Source: an uncultured virus (IMG/VR IMGVR_UViG_3300042869_000273) (lineage: Duplodnaviria; Heunggongvirae; Uroviricota; Caudoviricetes). Taken from it: a stretch of DNA of 64,000 nt. Both the position numbers and the translations under genes were made by a program. The notes beneath the pieces are model-generated. The model was not told the origin of the DNA. It made no database searches and worked only from the letters and a program-made list of their open reading frames with translations. The stretch lies in IMG/VR virus record IMGVR_UViG_3300042869_000273. One strand, given 5' to 3'. Shown piece by piece: positions 1 to 9,142 of the stretch (its first letter is position 1; each line of letters begins with the position of its first letter).

Positions 1-1
1 C

Positions 2-664
2 ATCTACAATACCATGTATAACTGCTTCATCTGGGGAGAAAAAGCAATCTGATTGTTGTAGTAAGTGTTTACGAATATATGCTACAGATTTACCTGTACA
101 TTTACGATAATGGGTTAGCATTCTTGCTGAATCTAATTGAAAGTCTTTTGAAGCAGCAGCTATTTCATGTTCTTTACCAACTACTCCACGAGAGAATTGA
201 TGAGACATTACTGAACAGTTCTCAGTAATAAACCGATTACCTTTAGATCCAGCCATTAATAGCATCACTCCAGCCGAGGCAATTTCACCAGTACCAATAG
301 TAGCTACTGGAATAGTAGATTGTTTGATAGTATCAATTAAATGATAAGCTGCAGAAACAAAACCACCTGGACTATTAATAAATAAAATTAATTTGCTTGG
401 TTGATCTTCCTTAGCCATAAGATTATATTCCATAATAGCCATAATAATAGGCTGTACAGATTCATCTTCTACCTCACCCATAAGATACATAATGCCATTA
501 CGCATAATGTTCTTTCCAAACCAGTAGTAATTTCCTTCGTTATCTTCGGGAATTACAGGCTGAGGTGGATTTGGAGATTCTGGCTCTTGAGGTGCTTTAG
601 GCTTAGCCTTTGAATTAAATACACTTGAATAGCTTTTGAACTGGCAACCGAATAGTTTGCTCAT
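2..664 (-). CDS. clpP: ClpP-like serine protease, 3' end runs off the window (not in ORF track)
   Basis: Manual translation from ATG at 664 (AAGGA RBS upstream): FINSPGG, GEIASAG (catalytic Ser), VMSHQ (His), FSPDEAVIHGIVD. Confidence 0.88.
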   Translation of the reverse strand, partial: MSKLFGCQFKSYSSVFNSKAKPKAPQEPESPNPPQPVIPEDNEGNYYWFGKNIMRNGIMYLMGEVEDESVQPIIMAIMEYNLMAKEDQPSKLILFINSPGGFVSAAYHLIDTIKQSTIPVATIGTGEIASAGVMLLMAGSKGNRFITENCSVMSHQFSRGVVGKEHEIAAASKDFQLDSARMLTHYRKCTGKSVAYIRKHLLQQSDCFFSPDEAVIHGIVD

Positions 665-956
665 CTGATAATTCCTTAGTTGAAATAAATAGCTCTGCGG
701 GTTCAAGATAAATATCTGCTGGAGTTGTTACTTTCCAACGACCAATAGATCCTGACCGATTAATAATTTTGTTGTTTAGTTCATTTAACGCAACTAAATC
801 TGTAGAACCACTTACAATAAATGTAATACCAGTATCCCATAAATCATCAACAAGTTTTGTAGTTGTCTTGTTAATATCATCAATAACTAACCTAAACTGA
901 GAGACATGAACAGTACTATTAACTACAAAATCTTTAATTTGATCCGTCAATGTCAT
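615..956 (-). CDS. hypothetical protein (likely start MTLTDQ at 956 rather than 1073)
   Basis: ORF track; the shorter start avoids a long overlap with 934..1113. Confidence 0.55.
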   Translation of the reverse strand: MTLTDQIKDFVVNSTVHVSQFRLVIDDINKTTTKLVDDLWDTGITFIVSGSTDLVALNELNNKIINRSGSIGRWKVTTPADIYLEPAELFISTKELSDEQTIRLPVQKLFKCI

Positions 957-1113
957 CTTCATCTTCGGAACTGTATTCGTCCCACCATCTTCCTTGTTGT
1001 CGTTCTCGCTTATAAGGTCTTTTGTGTCTATCTGAGTTTGAGCTTCGTTCATCTTTAAATTGTTTTTCTTCACGTTCTAATTCCTGCCAATTTGTGGTAT
1101 TATTTTTGTTCAT
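934..1113 (-). CDS. small highly charged hypothetical protein
   Basis: ORF track; MNKNN start gives short overlaps with both neighbours. Confidence 0.45.
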   Translation of the reverse strand: MNKNNTTNWQELEREEKQFKDERSSNSDRHKRPYKRERQQGRWWDEYSSEDEDDIDGSN

Positions 1114-1345
1114 CTGCGTAACTACGTTTAACACCTAATTTATCCGCTTTCTTTTGTAGATATACTGCAAAGAATTTCACAAGATCTTCTGAATCTTCAA
1201 AAGAAGATCCTTCTACAATAGATAAAGAAACTCTTTCAAAATGATTCATAATTTCTTCTGGATTCGTTACGCTTAATGCTGATAAAGTATGATTAACACC
1301 TTGATCAACCATATTTGTAAGTTTAATTTTATCTGATGGAGTCAT
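1100..1345 (-). CDS. hypothetical protein
   Basis: ORF whose start overlaps the nrdB stop (TAATG). Confidence 0.6.
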   Translation of the reverse strand: MTPSDKIKLTNMVDQGVNHTLSALSVTNPEEIMNHFERVSLSIVEGSSFEDSEDLVKFFAVYLQKKADKLGVKRSYADEQK

Positions 1346-2328
1346 TACCAGTCCCAGTTACCATTCATACCATTAACACTATATTCAGTAACACGCTTTT
1401 CAAAGAAGTTATCGTGGGATACACCTGATAATACCCAGTCAAGCCAAGCTAAAGGATTTTCTTTTACCTTGAATACTGGATTTAAACCAAGTTGAGTAAG
1501 GCGACGATCACAAATAAACCTAACATAATTTCGTACATCTTCTTTAGTTAATCCTTCAATTGTATTATTAGTAAATGCAAGATCAATAAATCTATCTTCT
1601 AATTCAACAGCTTCTTTACCCATTTGATAGATTTTAGATTTAAATTCATCATTAACAATTCGTGGATGTTCATCACAATACTTATGAAATAATGCCGCTC
1701 CACCCTCTACGTGTAATGTTTCATCTCTAATAGACCATTCTACTACAGTTCCCATACCTTTCATTTTACCGAAACGTTGAAAATTAAGTAGCATAACAAA
1801 AGAAGCAAACAAAGCAACACCTTCGTTGAATACACCTTTAGCCAAAGTTAATGCCACCCCAGAATGAGTCCCTGTATCATTAGCTTGCATGAACTCAATC
1901 TTTTCTGCCATTTCCTTATAATCTAGAAATTTGTGATACTCTTCATCAGGTAAACCTAGTGTATCGTTTAGTAATGCATATGCTCTTTGATGAGTACCTT
2001 CACGGCCAGCAAATGAACCTAGCATAACCCGAACTTCATTGTTTTTAAATTTAGGTATTAAGTAGTCATAATAGTTTTGACCTACTTGCACATCACCTTG
2101 AGTAAATAATCTTAAGATATGAGTAATAAACTCTTTTTCTTGCTCATTTAATTTTAGTTTCCAATCTGATACATCTTCAGACAAATCAGCTTCATCTTCA
2201 GTCCAATGAATTTCTTCATGTTTCTTTGTTAAGTCTACTGCCCAATCATGAAAGAAAGGTTTATAAGTCTTATTAAAATTTGTTAGGGTTGATAGAGGAA
2301 TATTATCCTTCACAAGCTTTGCATTCAT
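1345..2328 (-). CDS. nrdB: class I ribonucleotide reductase beta subunit
   Basis: FTQGD, EGTHQRAY, EG.ALFASF and RDETLH di-iron ligands; NFFE tail. Confidence 0.95.
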   Translation of the reverse strand: MNAKLVKDNIPLSTLTNFNKTYKPFFHDWAVDLTKKHEEIHWTEDEADLSEDVSDWKLKLNEQEKEFITHILRLFTQGDVQVGQNYYDYLIPKFKNNEVRVMLGSFAGREGTHQRAYALLNDTLGLPDEEYHKFLDYKEMAEKIEFMQANDTGTHSGVALTLAKGVFNEGVALFASFVMLLNFQRFGKMKGMGTVVEWSIRDETLHVEGGAALFHKYCDEHPRIVNDEFKSKIYQMGKEAVELEDRFIDLAFTNNTIEGLTKEDVRNYVRFICDRRLTQLGLNPVFKVKENPLAWLDWVLSGVSHDNFFEKRVTEYSVNGMNGNWDW

Positions 2329-4306
2329 TGTCTTCTGCCTCTACTGCGTTTGTTAGTGTTTGGAAATGAGCATATAGTTTATCAAATCCACCGATATACT
2401 CTCCGTCTAAATAAATTTGTGGTAACGATCTAACATCATCACGACCAGTAACTTCAGCCGCTGTTTTACCTAAAGCTACAATATCAATATAGTCAAATGC
2501 AATACTCTTTGAATTTAAAAGAGCTTTAGCCATTTCACAATTTGGACAATTAGGTTTACCATAAATAATTGTTGTTTTATCATATTTCAATTTATTTTCT
2601 TCAACTTCTTTGGAAACATTTTCAGCACGTACTTTAGCTTCTGTACGTAGATAATATAAACCTTTTAATCCAGATTCCCAAGCTAGTATATGCGCATCTT
2701 TAACATATTTCTTTTCTGCTCCTGCAGGGAAAAATAAATTAACAGATTGACCTTGACAAACAAACTTTTGTCTATCAGAAGCATGTTTAATAACCCAATT
2801 TTGATCTAATTCAAAACTAGTTTTAAACACAGCCTTTATATTATCTTCAAGAAATGGTAGGTGTTGTACTGAACCTCCATTAGTGATAATATTAGCCCAT
2901 ATTTCACTTGTGTTATGTTTAATTTTATCTAAATATTTCTCAAGATATTTATTCTTAACTAAGAAAGACCCTGCACGAGTACGATGTGTATATGCATTTG
3001 CTTTATTAGGTTCGATACTAGGAGAAGTACTTAATAAAATACCAGAAGAAGCATTGGGCGCAATTGCTAGTAGATGTGAATGTCTTACCATTGAAGGCGA
3101 CATATCAGGCGCAGGTCCACGACTGTGTGCCAGGGAATTAGATACTTCTTTTGCCTCACTTTTAATGTAGTCAAATATTTCAATATTTAGCTTAGAGGCA
3201 TCATTACTTTCAAAAGGTATCATTCTACTTTGTAATAAATTATGAAAGCCCATTGCACCAACACCAATTGATCTTTCTTGTGTAGCGCTATATACTGCTC
3301 TGCTTAGACTATCTGGGGCATTTTCAATAAAATATTCTAATACATTATCTAGCATTGTAACTAGATCTTTAACCATATTAGTGTGTTTCCATTGATCATA
3401 GTATTCTAGATTAACAGAACTTAAACAACATACCGCTGTACGATCATCTGATGTTGGTAAATGAATTTCATTACATAAATTACTTCCATGAACTTTCAAT
3501 CCTTTAGATTTTAGCTCCACTGGTAATGCATCATTAACTGTATCAATAAAATTAAGGTAAGGCTCCCCTGTGCGAAAGCGAGTTTCCAATAATTTGATAA
3601 ATACTTTTCGAGCATCAAGAAATTCGCCTGTGGATCCTTTCTTTGGATCAATAAGCTCATATTGTTTACCTTCTTTGACAGCCTCCATGAACTTATCAGT
3701 GATATTAACAGCGTTATGGAGGTTAAGACATTTACGATTATTATCTCCTGTGGGAACCCTAATACTGATAAATTCAAGAATATCAGGGTGATCAATATCA
3801 AGATATGCAGCATAAGATCCTTTTCTTGTCTTACCTTGTCGGTAAGCAGTCATGTCAGCGTCAATAGTACTTAAAAAAGGTATAGGTCCAGGAGCAATGT
3901 CAGATACACTACGGATGTCAGACCAATGACCTCCGACCCCTCCACCCATGACGGATAACCAACGAATTTCAGAACTATGATCAATAAGACCAGAGACAGT
4001 ATCAGGAACATAAGTTAAAAAGCAAGAAATTGGCATTCCTTTACCTTTACCTTTAATATCGGGAGCATTCGATAATACAGGTGAGGCAAACATAAACCAT
4101 TTGTTTGATATATAGTCATACAGTCTTTGAGCTAACTCTAAATCTGTTTGACCTTTGAATGTGCTCCATGCACGACAAGCTCTGGCATAAACTTCTTGTG
4201 GAGATTTTTCATTATCTTTTGCATAGAACTCTAGTACCATGTCAAAAGCATAATCTGTTAAAAGTTTATCTTTATCTAAATCAATTTCAATATCGTAGTA
4301 TTTCAT
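2303..4306 (-). CDS. nrdA: class I ribonucleotide reductase alpha subunit with C-terminal glutaredoxin domain
   Basis: ISCF, SNLCNEI, APNASS, KGLYY; then IIYGKPNCPNC...SLPQIYLDGEYIGGFD (glutaredoxin) and terminal ECKACEG. Confidence 0.95.
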   Translation of the reverse strand: MKYYDIEIDLDKDKLLTDYAFDMVLEFYAKDNEKSPQEVYARACRAWSTFKGQTDLELAQRLYDYISNKWFMFASPVLSNAPDIKGKGKGMPISCFLTYVPDTVSGLIDHSSEIRWLSVMGGGVGGHWSDIRSVSDIAPGPIPFLSTIDADMTAYRQGKTRKGSYAAYLDIDHPDILEFISIRVPTGDNNRKCLNLHNAVNITDKFMEAVKEGKQYELIDPKKGSTGEFLDARKVFIKLLETRFRTGEPYLNFIDTVNDALPVELKSKGLKVHGSNLCNEIHLPTSDDRTAVCCLSSVNLEYYDQWKHTNMVKDLVTMLDNVLEYFIENAPDSLSRAVYSATQERSIGVGAMGFHNLLQSRMIPFESNDASKLNIEIFDYIKSEAKEVSNSLAHSRGPAPDMSPSMVRHSHLLAIAPNASSGILLSTSPSIEPNKANAYTHRTRAGSFLVKNKYLEKYLDKIKHNTSEIWANIITNGGSVQHLPFLEDNIKAVFKTSFELDQNWVIKHASDRQKFVCQGQSVNLFFPAGAEKKYVKDAHILAWESGLKGLYYLRTEAKVRAENVSKEVEENKLKYDKTTIIYGKPNCPNCEMAKALLNSKSIAFDYIDIVALGKTAAEVTGRDDVRSLPQIYLDGEYIGGFDKLYAHFQTLTNAVEAEDNECKACEG

Positions 4307-4320
4307 TATTATTTTTATTA

Positions 4321-4524
4321 TTAAGCGTTAAAGCAAGCACCAGGGCGTAACAAAACTTCTGCTATCATCCCCTCCATCGACTCATCTGAAATACATATAA
4401 AGGCAGTAATATCAAAGTCTGTAAAACTTTCAAGAGCTGCCTCACATTCCTTACTATTTTCATAGATATACTCATTATATTTTTTACTAGAGTTATCAAA
4501 AGCAAATACAGAATATCTCATCAT
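4321..4524 (-). CDS. hypothetical protein
   Basis: ORF coupled (ATGA) to the primase-helicase. Confidence 0.55.
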   Translation of the reverse strand: MMRYSVFAFDNSSKKYNEYIYENSKECEAALESFTDFDITAFICISDESMEGMIAEVLLRPGACFNA

Positions 4525-6152
4525 ATAGTAAGATCCTCAAAACTATTACTTGCATTAATCAATCTACCAGTGTCTTCAATAAATCTATATTGACCCATTG
4601 GACCAGTCCTACCAGTCCATCTATCTTTTAATACCCAAAGCTTACTAGTGTGTCTCTGCACAGGGTCTGCCTCAAGTTTATTTCTACTAATAGCAATTAG
4701 TTGAGCACCAATTTGTTTTAGAGAACCAGAACCTTTTAAATCATCATCTGAAGGTACAGCACCTTCTTCAAAAGATTTTTGGTTATTGTTTGTTTTTCTT
4801 AAATGGCTAACAACCCCAAGCCATATCCCATGACGCTTGGCTAACTTTAATAGATCTGACATAAGTTTATCTGTAGCCCGATTAACATCATTATCTTCAG
4901 CATCTGATACTGCAATAGTGATGTGATCAAGATAAATAAATTTACATCCACTTAAAGCCATGAACTCCATTTTATCAATAAGAGAATCATCTCCCATTGA
5001 GCCTTGATGGTCTAAAAACATAATACGTCCAGTACCCATTGTTTCAACCCAAGCAGATTTTTCTTCATCCTCAGTAACTTCAACATCAGGTAATTGGATA
5101 CGCTTATTTAAGTGTAAAGCCATAATACCTTCAACTGTCTCAGAAACACTTTCTTCTAAAGAGCAAATACCAATCTTTTCATTTGTTGTTTGAAGTAAAT
5201 GGTACTGATCTTCTTTTAGAAAAGAACTCTTACCCATACCAGTACCTGAGCAAAGTACAGTAATAGAGCCTAGACATCTACCATAAATCTTTTTATTAAG
5301 ATCTACAGCAAATTCAGGCCAAGGTACATAATCAATCTCTGATTCAGCCTTATATAAACCCCAAGTATCCGCTGAGTTAACAATGCCAACTGGACTCCAA
5401 GCTTGAGCATCCCAAACTTGAGATAAGACTGCCATATGACCTTCTTTTAAATAAAGCTCATTAGCATCTTTTAACTTAGTATTCTTAACAATTTTAACTT
5501 TGTCAAAACCAATAATCTTAGCAGCACGATCAGCAGCTTCTTTTCCTGGCTCATCATTATCAAACCAAATAACTACTGAATCAAAACTACGTAACCAATC
5601 TCTATTACTTAATAAGATACTAGTTTGACTTGCTGATGGTATAGAAACTACTGGATAAATTTTTTCATACTTATCGAACCAAGCTTGTGATACAGTTAAT
5701 GCATCAATCTCACCTTCAGTAATTACTAGCTGTTTACCCCCATTACCCGCTTGCATTTGTCCAAAAAGACTTTTAATTTTTCCGACAACTGTGAAGTCTT
5801 TAGGGAGAATCCGTTTCTTATATCCTGTAATTTCATTAATACCATATGGGTAATAATGTGTATCCACATCACCTTTTTCATTTACGGTAACCCTTATATT
5901 AAAGTGTTCTGCAATTTTCTTTGTGATCTTGCGGTCAGCAAAACCTCTTATAGCGTAACTAGAAATTTCTTCTAATGTTTCAGTGCCATAATTTTCCTTC
6001 TTAGTTGTCACTAGAGAATCCTTACTTTGATCTGGAAACCAACCACTACATGAAAAACAATATGAGGTTCTATCCTCGTATATCTGTCTAGCATCACTAC
6101 TACCACAGTCTTCACTTAGGCAAGGTTGATCCTTTACAACTATTTTTCCCAT
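4521..6152 (-). CDS. T7 gp4-like primase-helicase
   Basis: Zn finger CxxxxC...CFSC, TOPRIM ITEGEIDAL/FDND, Walker A GTGMGKS, LDHI, SHLRK, DLKGSG. Confidence 0.95.
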   Translation of the reverse strand: MGKIVVKDQPCLSEDCGSSDARQIYEDRTSYCFSCSGWFPDQSKDSLVTTKKENYGTETLEEISSYAIRGFADRKITKKIAEHFNIRVTVNEKGDVDTHYYPYGINEITGYKKRILPKDFTVVGKIKSLFGQMQAGNGGKQLVITEGEIDALTVSQAWFDKYEKIYPVVSIPSASQTSILLSNRDWLRSFDSVVIWFDNDEPGKEAADRAAKIIGFDKVKIVKNTKLKDANELYLKEGHMAVLSQVWDAQAWSPVGIVNSADTWGLYKAESEIDYVPWPEFAVDLNKKIYGRCLGSITVLCSGTGMGKSSFLKEDQYHLLQTTNEKIGICSLEESVSETVEGIMALHLNKRIQLPDVEVTEDEEKSAWVETMGTGRIMFLDHQGSMGDDSLIDKMEFMALSGCKFIYLDHITIAVSDAEDNDVNRATDKLMSDLLKLAKRHGIWLGVVSHLRKTNNNQKSFEEGAVPSDDDLKGSGSLKQIGAQLIAISRNKLEADPVQRHTSKLWVLKDRWTGRTGPMGQYRFIEDTGRLINASNSFEDLTI

Positions 6153-6153
6153 T

Positions 6154-6330
6154 TTATTTATTTATTACATTGTTAGCTGCGAAACAAGCTGTTGATACAA
6201 AACTTAGTGCTATAGAGACTAATAAAAAGTCTGCTGAAGTCCATTGCTCTGTACCTGTTAATAAGTTAACTGATTGTGTTAATACTACAAGCATTGAACA
6301 AAAACCAAGTATAAAACCAATTAATTTCAT
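6154..6330 (-). CDS. small 2-TM membrane protein, 58 aa (not in ORF track)
   Basis: Manual translation MKLIGFILGF...NNVINK; fills the gap between two minus-strand genes. Confidence 0.6.
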   Translation of the reverse strand: MKLIGFILGFCSMLVVLTQSVNLLTGTEQWTSADFLLVSIALSFVSTACFAANNVINK

Positions 6331-6776
6331 TATTTTAATCCTGCTAATTTATTTAATCTTTTACGATGTCTAAGAGATACTGTTTCAGAAGAGCGCCATT
6401 GTACTTTATCAATGAATCTATTATACCAGATATGATTATTAGTTGGAACTTCTACAAAACATTGAGACCATGTTTCTGCCCAACTTAAACCTCCTCTAGT
6501 ATAATATTGTTCTAATACGTGGAATTCAAAGGAGTCTATGCCATTCTCTTCTATTAGTGCATTGATGTCTTTAGATGAACTAGTATAAACTCTCCAATTG
6601 CTTGGTTTGCCTTTATTAAGTTTACCATTCCCTTTAAACATCTTTTTACCAATATACATCATACCATTCTTTTTATCTTTAATTAAATAAATAAATCCAA
6701 AAGCATTTTCATGATCTAGTTGTTCAGTAAATTCCCAGTGCCCATTATCTTTCTTCTTTAATTTGGAAGTGGTCAT
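6330..6776 (-). CDS. GIY-YIG family endonuclease
   Basis: FGFIYLIKDKKNGMMYIGKK, YTSSS, conserved E, WYN. Confidence 0.8.
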   Translation of the reverse strand: MTTSKLKKKDNGHWEFTEQLDHENAFGFIYLIKDKKNGMMYIGKKMFKGNGKLNKGKPSNWRVYTSSSKDINALIEENGIDSFEFHVLEQYYTRGGLSWAETWSQCFVEVPTNNHIWYNRFIDKVQWRSSETVSLRHRKRLNKLAGLK

Positions 6777-7449
6777 TTATATAGCGCCAGATGTGGATCA
6801 ACCTGCCATTGGCAAGTAAATAAGGTTTCCACTGGTCGCCATATTGTTGTTTGTAAGCATTTATTACTGCTGCCTTTCTTTTATTATTATTATCACAGCC
6901 CTCTAAAATCTTTAAAGCCTTTACTGGCCCGATTTTAGGTAGTCCAGGAATATTATCTACTGCATCACCCATTAGAATTTGTTTCCAATAGTGGATATCA
7001 GCTGATTCCTCATCTACTTCATAATGTTCATCTTTTCCTGGTTTAAAATGTTTACCAGGAATACAATCTAGATCTTTGTCTATTGTACACACTACAAATG
7101 GATCGTTATCCCTAGTTGCTTCTACCGCCCAAATTCGAATTAAGTCATCTGCCTCAAATCCGTGAGCAACTACAGCATTAGGATGATTACAAAACCATTC
7201 TTTAAGCTCATCAAAATATTCAGCTCTATTTTTCTTAGATGCTAACCTAGATGCACTTCTTTTATATTCTTTAAAAAACTCTTCTCTCCAATTATTTAGA
7301 CCCCCAATTGCAATGAGATAATCAGTGCAAAAGGTGTTTTCAATAACTTCTTGAAGAACTATGTCTAATTTAATCTTAGCTTCTTCTACGTTTTCAGTAT
7401 CCCAAATAGCCTGATATAGTAGAACGTCCCCGTCTACTAATGCTATCAT
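6745..7449 (-). CDS. 5'-3' exonuclease (T7 gp6-like)
   Basis: LVDGD, EADD, DKDL, GD.VDNIPGLPKIG motifs. Confidence 0.9.
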   Translation of the reverse strand: MIALVDGDVLLYQAIWDTENVEEAKIKLDIVLQEVIENTFCTDYLIAIGGLNNWREEFFKEYKRSASRLASKKNRAEYFDELKEWFCNHPNAVVAHGFEADDLIRIWAVEATRDNDPFVVCTIDKDLDCIPGKHFKPGKDEHYEVDEESADIHYWKQILMGDAVDNIPGLPKIGPVKALKILEGCDNNNKRKAAVINAYKQQYGDQWKPYLLANGRLIHIWRYINDHFQIKEER

Positions 7450-7634
7450 ACTGGGTAGGTTACTTTCTCAAAGCCATATTTCTTAACTCGAGCTAATAGT
7501 TTCTTGCCAATTTTATTACGAACTTTATACTTAATAATTGTAGGGCGATCTACAAAGCTAAGATATAAATACTTATCGCCACGAGGATAAGTATATGTTG
7601 CCGATGGAACTCTGTATACTAATGCTTTTTTCAT
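7446..7634 (-). CDS. small basic hypothetical protein
   Basis: ORF with ATGA overlaps at both ends. Confidence 0.55.
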   Translation of the reverse strand: MKKALVYRVPSATYTYPRGDKYLYLSFVDRPTIIKYKVRNKIGKKLLARVKKYGFEKVTYPV

Positions 7635-8044
7635 TTTTGCTGTACTCTTATATTACTGTGAATTAATGTTAAAATACCTGAATCGGTTTTATATCTGTCT
7701 GAGAATATTACTCTCTCAATACCAGATTGGATTAGTAGTAGTGAACAATTGTCGCATGGAGCAGTTGTCACATATACTGTTGAACCCTTTAAACTCAAAC
7801 CCTCTGCAGCAGCCTTAGAGACTAAATTTGCTTCAGCATGAATTACATAGGATAGTGTTTTATTATAATCATCTTCACATTTATTAGGAAAACCTGTAGG
7901 AGTTCCATTAAACCCAAAGCTGAGAATATTATTATTTTTTACTGCAATAGCACCAACCTTACGCTTCTCAGCATGAGACATTAGTGCTATTCTTTTAGCA
8001 AGATCTAAATACAGGGAATCGTAGCGATCTTCTTTTGTAACCAT
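7631..8044 (-). CDS. dCMP deaminase
   Basis: KVGA, GFNG, HAEAN, PCDNC zinc motifs. Confidence 0.92.
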   Translation of the reverse strand: MVTKEDRYDSLYLDLAKRIALMSHAEKRKVGAIAVKNNNILSFGFNGTPTGFPNKCEDDYNKTLSYVIHAEANLVSKAAAEGLSLKGSTVYVTTAPCDNCSLLLIQSGIERVIFSDRYKTDSGILTLIHSNIRVQQK

Positions 8045-8496
8045 GAAGGTGCATCTCTATTTGTATATCGCATTAAATTTATTTTTTCAGTTAAATAATA
8101 ATTTCGATATGATTCAACTGTATCATTTAACTTACAATGATCTGGCATGGCTAAGGGAGGATCTTGCCAATCTTCTGCTTTAATGTCCCTTGGAAAACTA
8201 GAAAGTGTACCTGAATGATCTAAAATAGTTTTATGTACTTTTCCAAATCGGTGAGTATACTCTTTACCAAGTTCTTCCATAAGAATATAAAGCCACATAT
8301 AATGCTTAATACTACTACGAACCCAAACAGCAGAAGGATGATTGTCATGTGTCTTTTTGTAAGGCCCACCATCACCAACTAGATGATGGGCGGTAGATAA
8401 TAACTGTGCTGACTCAAGAATCATCTTTACTACATGAGAATCATAGTGAGCCTTAGCACATTCTGTTTGGTTTTTGTCTAAATAAAAAATGTTCAT
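8005..8496 (-). CDS. pyrimidine-dimer DNA glycosylase (DenV-like family)
   Basis: MNIFYLD, HVVKMILESAQLLST, H.NHP..VW, AMPD, YRNYY. Confidence 0.75.
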   Translation of the reverse strand: MNIFYLDKNQTECAKAHYDSHVVKMILESAQLLSTAHHLVGDGGPYKKTHDNHPSAVWVRSSIKHYMWLYILMEELGKEYTHRFGKVHKTILDHSGTLSSFPRDIKAEDWQDPPLAMPDHCKLNDTVESYRNYYLTEKINLMRYTNRDAPSWLQKKIATIPCI

Positions 8497-9131
8497 GATT
8501 CGTGTATGTGTGTAAATTCAGGGTATTTAGCTTTAATTTTAGCTATATACTTTGGATCATCATTCTTTCTAATTAAATGAACTTTGAATTCTTTACTAAT
8601 GTCAAACTCTACACTAGTGTCTAATTCATAATCTTCCGAATTAGTTAAATAATCCCAATAATAACCACGAGTATAAGAAGCTTTAGACAAACTTCCATGA
8701 AATGTGTTTAACATCTCAATTGGTTGTCTATCACATAATACAATTTGAATTGGCATAAAACAATTTTTTACGTTTAATACACCAACAACTCCATTATCTA
8801 AACTATGTGTATAATAAGAATTATTTGTTACATCTTCTAATTCATCAGCTTGAAGCTCTAATGCTTGTGATATTCTGTCTTTGATACTATCTCTAGACTC
8901 ATTAGGATACCCATGAATATAGATATCTAAATCCTTTGCAGGGTTACCTAATGCCCAGTCTCGTGGTGCTCCACCTAGAATACAAGAATAAGGGTCCACA
9001 ATATGTAACATGTTTAATGCTGCATGAGCACAGTTTTTCTGTGATTCAATAGTTTTATTTTTCATTTCAGTCTTTAAAGAAAGAGATTCTAAAAGTGCTT
9101 TTTTAATTCTATCATTTATATCGTTATACAT
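8493..9131 (-). CDS. nucleotidyltransferase (CCA-adding/poly(A) polymerase head-domain-like)
   Basis: GGAPRDWALGNPAKDLDI = GGxxRD...DxD motif. Confidence 0.75.
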   Translation of the reverse strand: MYNDINDRIKKALLESLSLKTEMKNKTIESQKNCAHAALNMLHIVDPYSCILGGAPRDWALGNPAKDLDIYIHGYPNESRDSIKDRISQALELQADELEDVTNNSYYTHSLDNGVVGVLNVKNCFMPIQIVLCDRQPIEMLNTFHGSLSKASYTRGYYWDYLTNSEDYELDTSVEFDISKEFKVHLIRKNDDPKYIAKIKAKYPEFTHIHES

Positions 9132-9142
9132 TTTATTCCCAG

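Noticed and set aside
6330..6776. GIY-YIG gene as an intron-encoded homing endonuclease
   Set aside because: Flanking genes are intact and no intron structure is visible; no intein or intron seen in nrdA, nrdB, polymerase or helicase
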